Source: Octopus bimaculoides
Lineage: Eukaryota
DNA: 49,351 bases
Assembly: GCF_001194135.2 (NCBI RefSeq)
Contig: NC_068985.1
Location: 15,255,750-15,305,100 of the forward strand
Direction: 5' to 3'
In this document: positions 22,100 to 34,187 of the stretch, in pieces
How the letters are laid out: each line of letters starts with the position of its first letter
Numbering within the stretch: the first letter of the stretch is position 1
The notes under the pieces: model-generated
What the model saw: only the letters and a program-made list of their open reading frames with translations
What the model was told of the DNA's origin: nothing
The model's database searches: none
Translations under genes and position numbers: made by a program

Positions 22100-23403
22100 T
22101 CACTTTAAAATCCTAAAAAATCATGATTGCTGTCATCCTCAATCAGTTTCTGGCTGTCATTTTCCTCAAGTTCCTGGAATTCATCAGCTTCTTTACATTC
22201 CTCAAAGCCGTCGTTGTTTTCAGAATCAGATGTATCGTTATCGTTATATAAAAAAAAATCACCCTCAGAGCTATCTAGGGTGTTATTGATTCCAGATTTT
22301 TTGAAATCTTTTAAAATTATTTCAGTTTTTACTGCTTCCCACGAATTTTTCACGAATTGTTCACTTCACTGAATGATAATATTTGCCGCATTATATGTTA
22401 CTGATATTTACTGCAATTCTGATTGAATAGATTGAGAATAGCAATGTGCTACCCTGAGCAGGTCCGTGTTTAAACTGGTGATGTCATTGATTTGGGACTG
22501 GCTGCTCACTGCAACTGCGCATATGTTTTGTCGGTGTCAGACTCGCTCGGTATTACCAAAACAATGTCCGCGAGATGGTTATAACGGAGAGACAATTGTT
22601 CCGTTGTTTGTTTAAGGGTTAGATAGAATTAAAATATTTTATGCTTCATCGAAGATTTGTTTTATTTATACGACGCTGTTACTTGTTGATACAGGAAATA
22701 TAATAATAGTTACTGGTTGGAAATCTATAAACACCTATGATAGCATGTGGTTTGCCCCACCACAGCCATTAGTTAACGAATTATCACAGTCATTTATGGA
22801 ACATTCTATGTTTAACCTATTATGGCATTCTGATAGTTTCAAAAATTATCATACGGAAAAATGTCTGGTTTTCAGTACAGACGTGAGCACTGAAGGAGTG
22901 TTTAAAATCCACGCCAATGGTGCATGTTAGTTTCCAAGCCGCTCGAGTGGCGGCGCCACTTCCATTGTTTTGGCTTGGTAAACAAAGATGGTAAGTTCAT
23001 GTTACAGTAGGCAAACTTTGATTACGGTATTATGAGGCCATTTTACTCATAGTATTTCCACCAGTGTTAATTGTGAATAAAGCCACAATGTTTAGGGAAG
23101 TAGAAAAGTTCAAATGTGTAATGCTGAGATTTATCAGGAAATAAACATAATTCGACAAAGCGCCACGGAGAACCATGAACCGCAGTACTGATAATTATGG
23201 GATGTTGGGATATGGAGGGAGTAAATGTAGTATGTACAAGGTCTGTACACATGGTGTACAGTGTAATATACCATTATATTCATTTAGGGGATGCCAAGGT
23301 CCAAAGCTGGACTTCAAATCTGACCTTCACCATGCAGGACACACAGTGATTTGAGGGTCAAATTTTGAGGAAAAAAGCGCGTCTTATATTCCGCAAAATA
23401 CGG
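22100..23403 (-). mobile_element. pogo/Tc2-like DNA transposon relic
   Basis: ORF 22105-22353 (WEAVKTEIILKDFKKSGINNTLDSSEGD plus acidic tail) resembles the pogo-family transposase C-terminus. Terminus-like TA-CCGTATTTTGCGGAATATAAGACGC on the minus strand ends at 23403. The second TIR was not found. Confidence 0.5.
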
Positions 23404-24167
23404 TATATTATACTGAGAACCCGCTAAGTAGCAGTTACAGGACTAAAACAGCAGCTGTCTTAAGCGAGTTACGTAACCAAATGGTAAAGAATTAATAAAC
23501 CATCGAAGTTTTCTAGATATCTACAACTCCCTTCGAACACTCAGAAAGAGTCTTCTCTCCGTTCATTTCCCAGAGAAATAGGCGACTCTGTTTGGCATGA
23601 GATTTCAGTTCATATCCAGGCTCCACATAATTTAACAGGACATTGGTCAAGCTACAAAAGTATGTCTACACGAATTTATCTTCCTAGATGTTGAATTACA
23701 AACTCACCAAAACCACTTGGTCAATGAATATTCCGCTTATAATTTCGTAATCCTTCAGCGTAGTACGAAATACAGACTTACTTGCTGTTCTTCAATTCTT
23801 TGTTAGAAGCCTTTTACTGGTAGTTATCAATATTGACCTTATATTTTTCTGACATCAACATCATTTCAAAGTTCATCCAGAGACAGTCTTGACTGATATT
23901 TGTTCATGCTGCCGTTTACCAGTTGATTAACATCTTTTTCAGTGTTTGATTAGTGTTTATTTTACCAACCCCAGTGTGTTTGAACACAGAACGGAAATAT
24001 ACGTAACTAAAAACAGCTAACCATTTTCTTTATTGTGTCACTGATTGTGCCATTAGCAGCCGTTATATGTTTAGCATAATATTCATATTAGCAACAACAG
24101 TAAAGTGATAGCGACGATATTACTACTACCACTATTACTACAGCGCGAATGACTGTCACATTCGTTG

Positions 24168-24177
24168 GTGACGTCAC
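24168..24177. promoter_or_regulatory. CRE-like palindrome GTGACGTCAC upstream of the ORF
   Basis: Full TGACGTCA consensus about 70 nt before the ATG. Function not demonstrated. Confidence 0.4.
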
Positions 24178-24248
24178 AGTTAAAGCTAAAACAATAAATC
24201 ATTTAGTGTGATTTCTATCCATTGACAAGTCAATCTGAGGTGAGCAGC

Positions 24249-25691
24249 ATGAATTTCACAGAGAATGATAGTTTTTCGCGTTATGAACACCTCAGCTCCC
24301 AAACTGAAAAAGTAGCAGATCATTCACACCTTCCAGGCGATCTGCACAAAACTATACGACTAAACAAATGCAGCGATTTTACAGAAGATAATATTGGACA
24401 TATTGGTTCTCAAGATAACGATCGTGAAAATACAAGTGAGAATGATGCTGATAGTGAGATGGAAATAATTGAAATAGGTGTCGAGAAAAGTCAAAACAAT
24501 AAACAATTAAACAATGATGGTGAATCAAAAGGCGAGAAAACCAAGATATGCTGTACGTGTGGAGTAGCAGACGATAAGGGCGTGAATGAAAACAACAGAC
24601 CGGAATGCAAGACTTTGAATAGAGAAGAGGGTGTCAATCCTGACAGCTATGCAGTTAAATCAAACAACGGAATCGTAGAACAAGATAAATGTGTACCAAA
24701 GAAAGACGAGGATAATTTTGCAACGAACAAAAAATGCATGACCAAAGGAAAGAAAGTATGTTCGACATCAAGAATAAACCTACATCCCACAGAAATTAAT
24801 CGAAATAGTGTAACTAAGTTACCTTACTCATTGCGTTGTGCTCTCAAATATTCTAAGAAGGAAAATAATGATGAAATTTCGTCAAACAGAAGGCCTTTTG
24901 AAGAGTACCACCATTTCATAACACAAGAAAGACCCTGCCTATGTGTACCTAAACTATACCCTCCGCGTATATCGTCACGACGGCATAAAACTTTGTCGGA
25001 AGGCAGGATATATAAGTCATATGACAGAAAAACAACCTGTACACCGAGAAGAATTTCTGAGAGCAAAGTTTCAGTGCCTCTGAAACGTCGAACCTCTTCG
25101 TATTCACGGAATACTAATAATTCAACAGAGCTGAATTCACCTTTACTGCCATGCCAATATAATTCACAGCGATTTAGCCCGTTAGGAGATTCTCTAGAAC
25201 TTGCTCGATTACGTTGGGCCCAGGAAACATCATTTCGTCTTCATAGCCCTTCGAACCTTGGGCGAAACACAACGTCACGATATAGGTTTCCAAGTCCTGG
25301 TAGCAGCAGCTCATTACCATCAGAAGCATCAATTCGTCTCTGTCGCATTTCGAGTGCTGGGCCACATGCAGTAGTTGATCCTCGAAAATTTCAACATCAA
25401 GTATGTCCTTTCGTAACATGGGACCGTGATACTTCGAGATGGAGTCGTGATTTTCACGATGGTTTCGCAGAATTTTGTGGAGGTGCTTATAGTCCAAAGC
25501 CAACGAGTGACTCACGTGGGTCATGTATTTCAGATTTTGTCGCAGGACGTGATTCTAAGTCAACGGATGAAATATACGCTCAACTCTTAAACAAGAAGTG
25601 GGACAACATATATTATGGTCGCAATAATCTAAAACAGAGAGAACCACGAATCAAATATCAAATGCCTGAAATTAAACGGCGTTTGTTTTAA
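24249..25691 (+). CDS. Uncharacterised 480-aa protein, largely low-complexity (Ser/Asn/Glu/Arg-rich), encoded in one uninterrupted block
   Basis: 1.44-kb open frame with no TE or microsatellite character in an AT-rich background. First ATG at 24249 (the track's start at 24222 is TTG), in-frame stop upstream at 24204, AATAAA at 25709-25714. It could also be a large terminal exon. Confidence 0.75.
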   Translation: MNFTENDSFSRYEHLSSQTEKVADHSHLPGDLHKTIRLNKCSDFTEDNIGHIGSQDNDRENTSENDADSEMEIIEIGVEKSQNNKQLNNDGESKGEKTKICCTCGVADDKGVNENNRPECKTLNREEGVNPDSYAVKSNNGIVEQDKCVPKKDEDNFATNKKCMTKGKKVCSTSRINLHPTEINRNSVTKLPYSLRCALKYSKKENNDEISSNRRPFEEYHHFITQERPCLCVPKLYPPRISSRRHKTLSEGRIYKSYDRKTTCTPRRISESKVSVPLKRRTSSYSRNTNNSTELNSPLLPCQYNSQRFSPLGDSLELARLRWAQETSFRLHSPSNLGRNTTSRYRFPSPGSSSSLPSEASIRLCRISSAGPHAVVDPRKFQHQVCPFVTWDRDTSRWSRDFHDGFAEFCGGAYSPKPTSDSRGSCISDFVAGRDSKSTDEIYAQLLNKKWDNIYYGRNNLKQREPRIKYQMPEIKRRLF

Positions 25692-25708
25692 ATACTAAGA
25701 AGATTTTA

Positions 25709-25714
25709 AATAAA
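25709..25714 (+). terminator. Putative polyadenylation signal AATAAA
   Basis: 17 nt after the ORF stop codon. The hexamer is common in AT-rich DNA. Confidence 0.45.
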
Positions 25715-25759
25715 GTAAAACTGAAAATGGTGTATTGTCTTTTAATTCGAGAAAAAAAC

Positions 25760-25909
25760 ATGTGGCTTGACGGTAGGAAACTTGCTTCCCAACCACATGG
25801 TTCCGGGTTCCGTCCCATTGCGTGGCACCTTAAGAAAGTGTCTTCTACTACAGCCTCAGACCGACCAAAACCTTGTGTGTGGATTTGGCCAACGGAAACA
25901 GGAAACTCG

Positions 25910-25973
<64 letters not shown>

Positions 25974-26210
25974 ATATATCTATGTGTACGTGTGCATCTT
26001 TGTATCTATGTTTTCCCCCACCACCGCTTGACAATCGGTGTTGGTTTCTTTATGTCCTCGTAACTTAGCAATTCGGCAAAAGAGACCGATAGAATAAGTA
26101 CCAGGGTTTAAACATACGTACTGGGGTTGATTCATTCGACTAAAAATTCTTCAAAGCGGTGCTCCAGCATGGCTGCAATCTAATGATTGCAAAAAAAAAA
26201 TGAAAAGAAA
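25760..26210 (+). mobile_element. Full-length SINE B just downstream of the ORF
   Basis: Complete structure with internal (TG)n. Confidence 0.92.
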
Positions 26211-26372
26211 AAGTTCTGAAAATATCTCTCTGTAATAATTGCCGATCTATTGGTTGATGGGCTGAATTCTCCGGTTAAGCATGACATCATTTAGAGAAAG
26301 AGAAAGAAGAGGAAGAAAGAGACGGAGAAAGAGTAAACATAAAAAGTTTAAGATGCGTGCCCTTACTAGGCT

Positions 26373-26438
<66 letters not shown>

Positions 26439-26527
26439 ACAGTGAGTAAAGGAATGTTACACGGACTCAAATACACACACACAAACACACATACACACAC
26501 ACGCACAAACACACACACACACGCACA

Positions 26528-26565
<38 letters not shown>

Positions 26566-26600
26566 AACAAACACACAGTGAAGGAGAAAGAAGAGANNNN
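26373..26600. repeat. (AGT)n followed by compound (CA)n microsatellites
   Basis: Directly visible. Confidence 0.95.
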
Positions 26601-27079
26601 NNNNNNCAAACAAACACACAGTGAAGGAGAAAGAAGAGAAGGAAGAGGCAAGCAGGTTGTAACTGAGAGTGACGTTATGGGAGGAGTTATGCAAATAAGA
26701 AATTTGTTTTATTTAAATTTATTTTAATGTAATAAACAATTTTCTTTTGAAAATTAAAATTCATTTCATCATTTTCTATCAACACCAAGAAATTTCTTAA
26801 AAGTGAAATCATAATTATTGCATGCATCGCATATTTCTTGATATTCCGATTGAGGCAAAAGTATACCTTCCAGGTATGACGGGTAACATTTGTTTGAAAT
26901 ATTAATTAGCTGTACACATTAGCTCTCCAATTGAAATTCTACACACTAATTAACAATAATGAAAACGATATATTTTTCTTTTTTACCACTGCTCTAGATA
27001 TGCAATCAAAAGGAATCAATCTGCTAAATTTCGGCTACATATTCAGTTTGTGCGTCAGAAACCTTAGTAGAATATTTGT

Positions 27080-27158
27080 TTAAAATTTTGGCACAGGTGT
27101 AGGAAGTTCGAGGGATGGGGTAAATCAATTACATTGACCCCATTGTTCAACAGGTACT
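27080..27158 (-). mobile_element. SINE A 3' fragment cut by a gap
   Basis: aattttggcaca..caattacattgacccc..caggtact. Confidence 0.55.
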
Positions 27159-27714
27159 NNNNNNNNNNNNNNNNNNNNNNNNNNNNNNNNNNNNNNNNNN
27201 NNNNNNNNNNNNNNNNNNNNNNNNNNNNNNNNNNNNNNNNNNNNNNNNNNNNNNNNNNNNNNNNNNNNNNNNNNNNNNNNNNNNNNNNNNNNNNNNNNNN
27301 NNNNNNNNNNNNNNNNNNNNNNNNNNNNNNNNNNNNNNNNNNNNNNNNNNNNNNNNNNNNNNNNNNNNNNNNNNNNNNNNNNNNNNNNNNNNNNNNNNNN
27401 NNNNNNNNNNNNNNNNNNNNNNNNNNNNNNNNNNNNNNNNNNNNNNNNNNNNNNNNNNNNNNNNNNNNNNNNNNNNNNNNNNNNNNNNNNNNNNNNNNNN
27501 NNNNNNNNNNNNNNNNNNNNNNNNNNNNNNNNNNNNNNNNNNNNNNNNNNNNNNNNNNNNNNNNNNNNNNNNNNNNNNNNNNNNNNNNNNNNNNNNNNNN
27601 NNNNNNNNNNNNNNNNNNNNNNNNNNNNNNNNNNNNNNNNNNNNNNNNNNNNNNNNNNNNNNNNNNNNNNNNNNNNNNNNNNNNNNNNNNNNNNNNNNNN
27701 NNNNNNNNNNTATA

Positions 27715-28948
27715 TTAGGTCATCAAGTATGAAATTTGTAGTAAGGTATATGGTAAACTTTAACAGCTGTTCATTTTGCACCATTATTATTTTTTGACAA
27801 TCTTTATTTTTTGTTAGAAAGCTGACATCTATTTCTTTATTCTAACTCGTTTTGCGCTTTAAAAAGTATTTATAAATCGTGTTTTGGTATTTTTGTTTAG
27901 AGATGAATAAGTCGAAAATTCGTACAGTCTTTTTGAAATATGAGTTCTTTCTTGGAAATACAGCATCACAGACAGCTCAGAATATTAATGGAGTATTTCA
28001 TTCTGATGTTATTACACAGCAGACAGTATCAAATTGGTTTTCAAAAGTTCATTCTGGTAATTTTGACCTCACAAATGAGCAACGCGGTCGACCAGAAACA
28101 AAGGTGGATAATGACGAACTGAAAGCCACTGTCAAGTCAGATCCATCTCAAAGTGACCGTGAACTATCGTTACTGTTTGGTGTTGGCAAGCAAACAATAT
28201 TGACTCACCTAGTTCAAATCGATAAAGTGAAAAAGTTGAATAAATGGGTTCCACACGGACTCAATGAAAATCAGAAACAACAACGTTTGGAAGCCTGCAT
28301 TATGCTACTGTGTCGTCACAAAAATGAATCCTTTTTGAATCAAATTGTAACACGTGATGAGAAATGGAACCAATACAACAACCGTAAGCGTTCAGCAAAA
28401 TGGTCCGACAAAGACGGGCCACCAAAACACAGTCCAAAAAGCAAAATTCATCAAAAGACGCTGATGGTGTGTGTTTGGTGGTCTGGCGCAGGTGTGATCC
28501 ATTATGATTTCATTAAACTTGGCTCATCAATCACAGCCGAAGTATACTGCAGCCAACTGGAACAAATGATGCAGAAACAGCCTAGATTAGTCAACAGATC
28601 CACTCTTATTTTATTGCAAGACAATGCCAGACCACACGTCGAAAAATGACATTGGCGACACTACAGGAGTTGGAAGTTCTCCATCATCCACCATACTCAC
28701 TTGATCTTGCTCCCATTGACTACCACTTCTTCCAGAATTTGGATAACTTTTTGATAGGAAAAATATTTAATTCCGGTGATACTGTAAAACAGGCCTTCCA
28801 AGATTTTATTGACTCTAGATTGCCAGGCTTTTACAGTTCCAGGATGGACAAGCTACTGCTGAAATGGCAAAAGTGTATTGACAATATGGGTGCATACTTT
28901 GATGAATAAAAATATTCCTTGTATTTCTAAAACATCTTTTTTTCTTTT
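27715..28948 (+). mobile_element. Mariner DNA transposon (Hsmar1/SETMAR-like) with a defective transposase, ATG 27903 to stop 28909
   Basis: Motifs WVPHGL, TRDEKW, QDNARPH and YSLDLAP..DYHFF. TA-TTAGGT left end. One-base frameshift at about 28646. Right end lost in an N-gap. Confidence 0.92.
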
Positions 28949-29551
28949 NNNNNNNNNNNNNNNNNNNNNNNNNNNNNNNNNNNNNNNNNNNNNNNNNNNN
29001 NNNNNNNNNNNNNNNNNNNNNNNNNNNNNNNNNNNNNNNNNNNNNNNNNNNNNNNNNNNNNNNNNNNNNNNNNNNNNNNNNNNNNNNNNNNNNNNNNNNN
29101 NNNNNNNNNNNNNNNNNNNNNNNNNNNNNNNNNNNNNNNNNNNNNNNNNNNNNNNNNNNNNNNNNNNNNNNNNNNNNNNNNNNNNNNNNNNNNNNNNNNN
29201 NNNNNNNNNNNNNNNNNNNNNNNNNNNNNNNNNNNNNNNNNNNNNNNNNNNNNNNNNNNNNNNNNNNNNNNNNNNNNNNNNNNNNNNNNNNNNNNNNNNN
29301 NNNNNNNNNNNNNNNNNNNNNNNNNNNNNNNNNNNNNNNNNNNNNNNNNNNNNNNNNNNNNNNNNNNNNNNNNNNNNNNNNNNNNNNNNNNNNNNNNNNN
29401 NNNNNNNNNNNNNNNNNNNNNNNNNNNNNNNNNNNNNNNNNNNNNNNNNNNNNNNNNNNNNNNNNNNNNNNNNNNNNNNNNNNNNNNNNNNNNNNNNNNN
29501 NNNNNNNNNNNNNNNNNNNNNNNNNNNNNNNNNNNNNNNNNNNNNNNNNNN

Positions 29552-29917
29552 TTACCAACCACATAGTTCCGGGTTCAATGCCACTGTGTGGCACCTTGGG
29601 CAAGTGCCTTCTACTATAGCCTCGGGGCCGACCAAAGCCTTGTGAATGGATTTGGTAGGCGGAAACTGAAAGAAGTCCGTCGTATATATGTATATATGTG
29701 TGTGTGTATGTGTGTGTATGTGTTTGTGTTTGTTCCCCCAACATCGCTTGACAACCGATGCTGATGTGTTTACGTCCCCATAACTTAGCGGTTCGGCAAA
29801 AGAGATCGATAGAATAAGTACTAGGCTTAGAAATAATAAGTCCTGGGGTCGATTTGCTCGACTAAAGGCAGTGCTCCAGCATGGCCACAGTCAAATGACT
29901 GAAACAAGTAAAAGAGT
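29552..29917 (+). mobile_element. Near full-length SINE B
   Basis: Head begins at the gap edge, complete tail. Confidence 0.92.
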
Positions 29918-29995
29918 ATATATATATTACTGCATATCTCTCCCACATCCGTTCTAGGGAGTAGAGTCTTAACTTCTTCATCTTCTTTGTGTAGC

Positions 29996-30598
29996 ATCAC
30001 CGGATTGCTTCAAGTTTCCGTCGTTAATTTTACACTGTGCGATGACCATTGTTGAGAGCAGTAATCTAAATGGTTGAGGACAAATATTCTCCAGAGGTTT
30101 TCCTGTTCAAGGTTTCTTCTCTCGTTCTGAAAGTTTTAAGGAGTCATCCGGCCAACCGTCTGCATTTTATTGCCAACTTAGTAATATGCACCTGGAAAGA
30201 TGCTCATTGTTCATGTTGAGCACAGATTTTAATTCAGGGATTGCAATTCCTCATGGGCCAGTGTATCCTGTCGCTTTTCATTCAGCTTCGTGCATGGTAG
30301 CACAGGGCTTGGAATTTTCCAGTATCAAACTGCCCGTTATTTTTCTCAGCCCACCTGTATATTGCGTCCAACTCCTGTTGCAGATGCGCAACATCTCAAG
30401 GGCTATGTATCCTCTGAGAGACTCTTGCATAGCTAGCAAGGTGATAATCTGAGCAGCTAGGAGGCATGTTGAGAGGGTCGCTATGAATAGCAATGACCCC
30501 TAAGACAGGGCTCTGCGGGAAACAACTCGTTATTTGCGTTTCCTTGGAGGTGGCCCCGTTAGCCACCACTACCTGAACTCTGTCTTTTAAAAAGTCCT
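29996..30598 (-). mobile_element. CR1/L2-group LINE reverse transcriptase fragment (degenerate)
   Basis: Minus-strand frames stitch to DFLKDRVQVVVANG..PQSPVLG..LQQELDAIYRWAEKN..GKFQAL..HLDYCSQQWS, with stops and frameshifts. Confidence 0.8.
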
Positions 30599-31378
30599 GT
30601 AGCCATTCTTTATGGACATATTATGGGAAATTTATAGATATCAATATTAGCTTAATTAATATGTTAATAATAAGAAGTATTTTAATAATAAAATTGTTAA
30701 TAATAAAAATGTAATTAGTTTATACAAAAACCCTGAAGTAGTATCAATTTTGAATTCAAAGGCTATAGATAAGGTGTAAAGTTTAAGAATATTATATATA
30801 TTGGTCTCAGAAAACTATTTTGAATTATTTTTTAAAATTATTTTTAAAAAATTAAGCTAATATATATAATATTACTATTTTAAAGACACATAAAAGGTAA
30901 GCTTTATTTTTATAATGTAAAGAATTAGTATAGGATTTATATAGTTTNNNNNNNNNNNNNNNNNNNNNNNNNNNNNNNNNNNNNNNNNNNNNNNNNNNNN
31001 NNNNNNNNNNNNNNNNNNNNNNNNNNNNNNNNNNNNNNNNNNNNNNNNNNNNNNNNNNNNNNNNNNNNNNNNNNNNNNNNNNNNNNNNNNNNNNNNNNNN
31101 NNNNNNNNNNNNNNNNNNNNNNNNNNNNNNNNNNNNNNNNNNNNNNNNNNNNNNNNNNNNNNNNNNNNNNNNNNNNNNNNNNNNNNNNNNNNNNNNNNNN
31201 NNNNNNNNNNNNNNNNNNNNNNNNNNNNNNNNNNNNNNNNNNNNNNNNNNNNNNNNNNNNNNNNNNNNNNNNNNNNNNNNNNNNNNNNNNNNNNNNNNNN
31301 NNNNNNNNNNNNNNNNNNNNNNNNNNNNNNNNNNNNNNNNNNNNNNNNNNNNNNNNNNNNNNNNNNNNNTATATATAT

Positions 31379-31416
<38 letters not shown>

Positions 31417-32269
31417 CACTGCACATCTTTCACATCTTCGCTCTAGATGAAATCTGCCATCCTCTTCGCTAGTCTAGAATATTTTCTGGTTATTTGATAT
31501 AATCGCGAGACTGGATGAAGACTGGACCACAGTTTTTGTTTAAATTTAATAATTTATCAGAATTCGCTCATTTCTTCATCAAATTTCACATTACTACATT
31601 TCGGAAGTCCACAAATTAAAATCTAACTAATGCTTGTAGCTAATACAGCTCATTTACATAATCGTATATGATTAACAGACCGATAATAATTGTTAATTGC
31701 TTTTGTCTACAGAATTGTGCTTTCGGGTTGCTGATATACTTAAGAAAAGTATAGACGTCAATCTCCTTTCTTTTGCTTCTCGCAGTATCTTTGATCTTGC
31801 TTTCTATGAAGTAAATCGTTATTTTCACATTTGCTCCCAAACAATATTTCTTTACAGAAAAATATGAATAACAGAAATAAACATTGAATAATTATTCCAT
31901 TCATTGTTTCATGCTCGACTGAATTACCATTACACAATTTCTTAAAGAATAATAAATTGTTTGTATCTAAGTGTTTCAGAAGATTCGAAAAATCTCCATT
32001 TTAAGGTTACATAACGTACGGCAATGTACATAGAACTTATCACAACTACAACTGAATGTAACCAACGAATGTATTCAAAACATAACGTTACTGACTTAAA
32101 CTAACATTTTTAAAGAGAGTAGAGAAAAAACATTTGTGCGTATATATATATATATGTATATATATATATNNNNNNNNNNNNNNNNNNNNNNNNNNNNNNN
32201 NNNNNNNNNNNNNNNNNNNNNNNNNNNNNNNNNNNNNNNNNNNNNNNNNNNNNNNNNNNNNNNNNNNNN

Positions 32270-32309
<40 letters not shown>

Positions 32310-32384
32310 TATATGTATAAATGTATGTGTGCTTGTGTGTGTAGATTATATATATGTATATATCTGTATATAGATAGATAGATT

Positions 32385-32454
<70 letters not shown>

Positions 32455-32589
32455 CACTACGTACATGCATATATATAGAGAGACAGACAGATAGACATAT
32501 ATGTGCGCGCGCGCATATGTGTGTGTGTGTAAATATGAGTGTGCATATGTTTGAGTGTGAGGCCATACCAGTTCTCTTGTCTCCAGACA

Positions 32590-33160
32590 ATCAGACTTTT
32601 CTTTAAAGGCATGTCAATTTTGGAGAATACTTGATTCCTAATATCATTTTCCTGTTCTCAATTGGACCATATCCTAATTGTCACCAAGCGATTCTTCAAC
32701 CTTCTCTGGAAGTGTAAATAATTTCAATAAATCAAGAACTTATCATGCTGTGCTATTCAATGTACCTTTATTTGTCTGTGTTGCTGTAAGACATGCTCGT
32801 GGCCACTCTAAATTCTGTTACTTCATTGTCGCTGTACATATATGTATATATGTGTATATATATATATATATATNNNNNNNNNNNNNNNNNNNNNNNNNNN
32901 NNNNNNNNNNNNNNNNNNNNNNTATATAATTTAAAGAAGAACCACCAAGATGCAATCCAAACAATGGAGGAGATCAGACAACATCAAGAAAAACGTATTC
33001 TACAAAATACTAATTTAAAAATCTACAAAATCTAAAAGAAAAGTTTATAATCCGTAAAATCTATAAAATATTAGATTAAAAATTTAATTCAATTTAGTAA
33101 GTTTATAAGAAAGAAAGTGAATTATAGACTACGCGCGTTTCGTGGCCACATAATAGTAGA
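32590..33160. mobile_element. Possible Penelope-like remnants
   Basis: Decayed EH..H..VLD..RRLK(ES) pattern on the minus strand, and a CGAAACGCGCGTAG motif on the minus strand at about 33129-33142. Confidence 0.3.
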
Positions 33161-33708
33161 AAAAATCTGTGCAATTTACAATAAATTGATCAAGATAAAT
33201 TCCACTTAGAATGAAGTCTCTCTTCAGGTCTTATAAATTCAAAAATATGAATAAAATAAAATAGGAATAAAATAGAAATATCTGTACGTGTAGGAAAGCT
33301 ATTATTAGTACAATACATAAAATGTCAAGGTTTAATAATAATAATCTTTCAAGTTATAGGCCTAATTCGTCTAATGAAGAAATGCTTTCTGTAGATTAAG
33401 AATAGGAAAACATAAAAAAAAGATAGTGTTATTAACTAATAAATGAATTCGAACGTTTAACAGTATTAATAAAATGAATGGCATCACTTATCTTATCGAA
33501 GATTCCTTGTTGACTGATATGTATATCTATATATATATATATTCCCTGTATAGAGCACACTTCGTAGTATTCAAGAGATTTAAACTTGAGCAGGAAGAGG
33601 AGTAAATGTAAGGATAAGCAAGTTAGGCAAATCGATATTAAATGTATTTACTATTTTCTATATATCGACTTACCTAACTTGTTTATCCTTACACTCTCTC
33701 TATATATA

Positions 33709-33923
33709 CAGTGTTGACCAAAAGTCATCTGACAGTAAATCAAAATTCCATAAATACCATTTGTAATTCTGTTTTGACACGAACGGAAAAATGTGTCGCT
33801 CAAGAAGGATTTCAGTTTGAACAATTTTCATGATGTTTTTATTAAATTCGTTGTATTGTTAAACATAAATAAATCTTGGAATTAAATGGTTTTGATTTAC
33901 CGTCGGATGACATTTGGCCAACC

Positions 33924-33926
<3 letters not shown>
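33709..33926. mobile_element. Tc1/mariner-derived MITE (218 bp)
   Basis: 37-bp TIRs with 5 mismatches (cagtgttgaccaaaagtcatctgacagtaaatcaaaa), flanked by TA. Internal KCVAQEGFQFEQ resembles a transposase C-terminus. Confidence 0.8.
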
Positions 33927-33978
<52 letters not shown>

Positions 33979-34090
33979 AACACACAAACACACAAACACG
34001 TATGATTCGATGAGCTCAGCGCTCAACAATTATTCCAGTCAGGTTTTATCTCTTATTGTAACTGCGTTGAACTACCCCGTTGCATATTCA

Positions 34091-34187
34091 CATGGGGTAC
34101 TACGCAGTCTGGTATGGACTAAAACATAATATAAGACCGCATCAATGATGTATTTTCCCTATGTACCCAGACTTTGTAGACACCCTG
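34091..34187. mobile_element. Possible tiny degenerate Tc1/mariner MITE
   Basis: Right end tgtacccagactttgtagacaccctg-TA with a loosely matching inverted left end. Confidence 0.35.

Noticed and set aside
24824-25524. Antisense ORFs within the 480-aa CDS
   Set aside because: Short shadow frames with no independent support.
26560-26640. Direct repeats flanking short N-gaps (also 37990-38350)
   Set aside because: Probably unmerged contig overlaps.
31640-31860. Possible LINE ORF1 remnant (RFTS.KARSKILREAK)
   Set aside because: Short and interrupted, so not supportable without a profile search.
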